From Kiloniella sp. EL199 (GTDB taxonomy: Bacteria > Pseudomonadota > Alphaproteobacteria > Kiloniellales > Kiloniellaceae): a stretch of DNA of 24,000 nucleotides. Location: NCBI RefSeq assembly GCF_900313065.1, contig NZ_OMPU01000013.1, positions 569,481-593,480 of the forward strand, given 5' to 3'. The notes below the pieces were generated by a model, which saw only the letters and a list, made by a program, of their open reading frames with translations, made no database searches and had not been told where the DNA came from. The translations under genes and the position numbers were made by a program. This document shows positions 23,191 through 24,000 of the stretch, in pieces (within the stretch, counting starts at the first letter, position 1; each line of letters opens with the position of its first letter).

Positions 23191-24000
23191 TCAGGGTTCT
23201 AGAGCACTGAGAATATCTTGGGCGATGTCATCGGGGTCTTCGAGGCCAACTGATAGGCGTAATACTCCATTGCCTGCCCAGATGCGGTACTCCTCTTCCT
23301 CCGTCTGTGGCAAATGATAAGTGGAGCTCATCAAATCGTCGGTCTTAAGCAGACACAGGTTGGCATGCTGATGCCCGAGCGAGACGGCGTAGCGCACAAG
23401 GCGTAAATTACGATACAGGCGTCGGGCATCTTCAATCACGTCACGAGTGCGGAATGAGAGCACCGCGCCCCCCAGATCCATTTGGCGCATGGCGAGATCG
23501 TATTGTGGATGGGACGCAAGACCAGGATAGATCACACGTTCCACCACCCCAGACGCTTCCAGAATTTCGGCCACTGATAAGGTATTTCGGCTGGCCGTTT
23601 CGACTCGTGGCACCAGCGTATCGATACCCCGAAGAATCAACGCGGCTGCACGTGGATCGAGCGTTGCCCCAAGGCGGACGCCCCATGTCGCGCGCAGAGG
23701 TTCTATTATGTCTGCAGCCCCGATCAGCACACCCCCCATCGCATCGCCATGACCGTTCAGATATTTAGTAGCTGAATGCATCACCACGTCCGCCCCGTGC
23801 GCCAAGGGCCGCGTGGCCACGGGAGTAGCAAGTGTCGAGTCCACCGATAATAGGGCACCTGCTTCGTGAGTAATTTCTGCAACAACATGCAGATCAGTGA
23901 GGCGTAGAATCGGGTTGCAAGGGGTTTCGGCATGAACGAGGCGAGTCTCGGGCCGCAAAGCATCCCGAAGCGCCTCAGGTTGTGACAGATTTACAGCAGA
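23191..24000 (-). CDS. Cys/Met-metabolism PLP-dependent enzyme (methionine gamma-lyase / cystathionine gamma-synthase family); N-terminus beyond the window edge
   Basis: The PLP-lysine motif HSATKYLNGHGD and C-terminal LRLSVGLEDPDDI are present. The frame stays open from the listed TTG (23958) to nt 24000 (...SAVNLSQPEALRDALRPETRLVHAETPCNP), so the gene is truncated by the window. Confidence 0.8.
   Translation of the reverse strand, partial: SAVNLSQPEALRDALRPETRLVHAETPCNPILRLTDLHVVAEITHEAGALLSVDSTLATPVATRPLAHGADVVMHSATKYLNGHGDAMGGVLIGAADIIEPLRATWGVRLGATLDPRAAALILRGIDTLVPRVETASRNTLSVAEILEASGVVERVIYPGLASHPQYDLAMRQMDLGGAVLSFRTRDVIEDARRLYRNLRLVRYAVSLGHQHANLCLLKTDDLMSSTYHLPQTEEEEYRIWAGNGVLRLSVGLEDPDDIAQDILSALEP

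Noticed and set aside
1-24000. Searched by eye for CRISPR arrays, tRNA/rRNA genes, IS elements, integrases, toxin-antitoxin pairs and known defence-system genes.
   Set aside because: No regularly spaced repeat arrays or cloverleaf-like or rRNA-like segments were seen. No ORF has transposase, integrase, nuclease-helicase or other defence-type motifs. All large ORFs have ordinary metabolic, sensory or transport assignments.

Overview
The window looks chromosomal and moderate-GC. It is probably from a marine-type alphaproteobacterium, which I infer from gene content only. All calls come from reading the ORF translations and the raw sequence; no searches were run.

Gene order, left to right:
- 3' part of hutF, then a HutC-type GntR repressor
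- a small membrane ORF
- a minus-strand trio: secreted PepSY protein, cytochrome b561, membrane-anchored LuxR-type HTH protein
- an orphan class-V PLP enzyme
- a PAS histidine kinase
- a nitrilase
- a strikingly AT-rich SbmA/BacA-like transporter
- a beta-hydroxyacid dehydrogenase
- a CHASE4-type hybrid kinase
- a ten-gene minus-strand form-II CODH-like molybdoenzyme cluster: coxG, coxSLM, coxD, coxE, split xdhC, a MoCF-binding/MocA fusion and an IscU-like protein
- a higher-GC Cys/Met-family PLP enzyme that runs off the right edge

I found no rRNA, tRNA, CRISPR array, transposase, integrase or recognisable defence gene. I cannot point to a clear-cut novel system.

The most interesting candidates are:
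1. The PepSY / cytochrome b / membrane-tethered LuxR module and the phased and tandem repeats next to it.
2. A plus-strand intrinsic terminator and nested stem-loops with no plus-strand gene, which may mark an sRNA (3573-3700).
3. The one-gene low-GC SbmA/BacA-like insert.
4. The form-II cox-like cluster of unknown substrate, with a repeat-dense coxG-coxS spacer.
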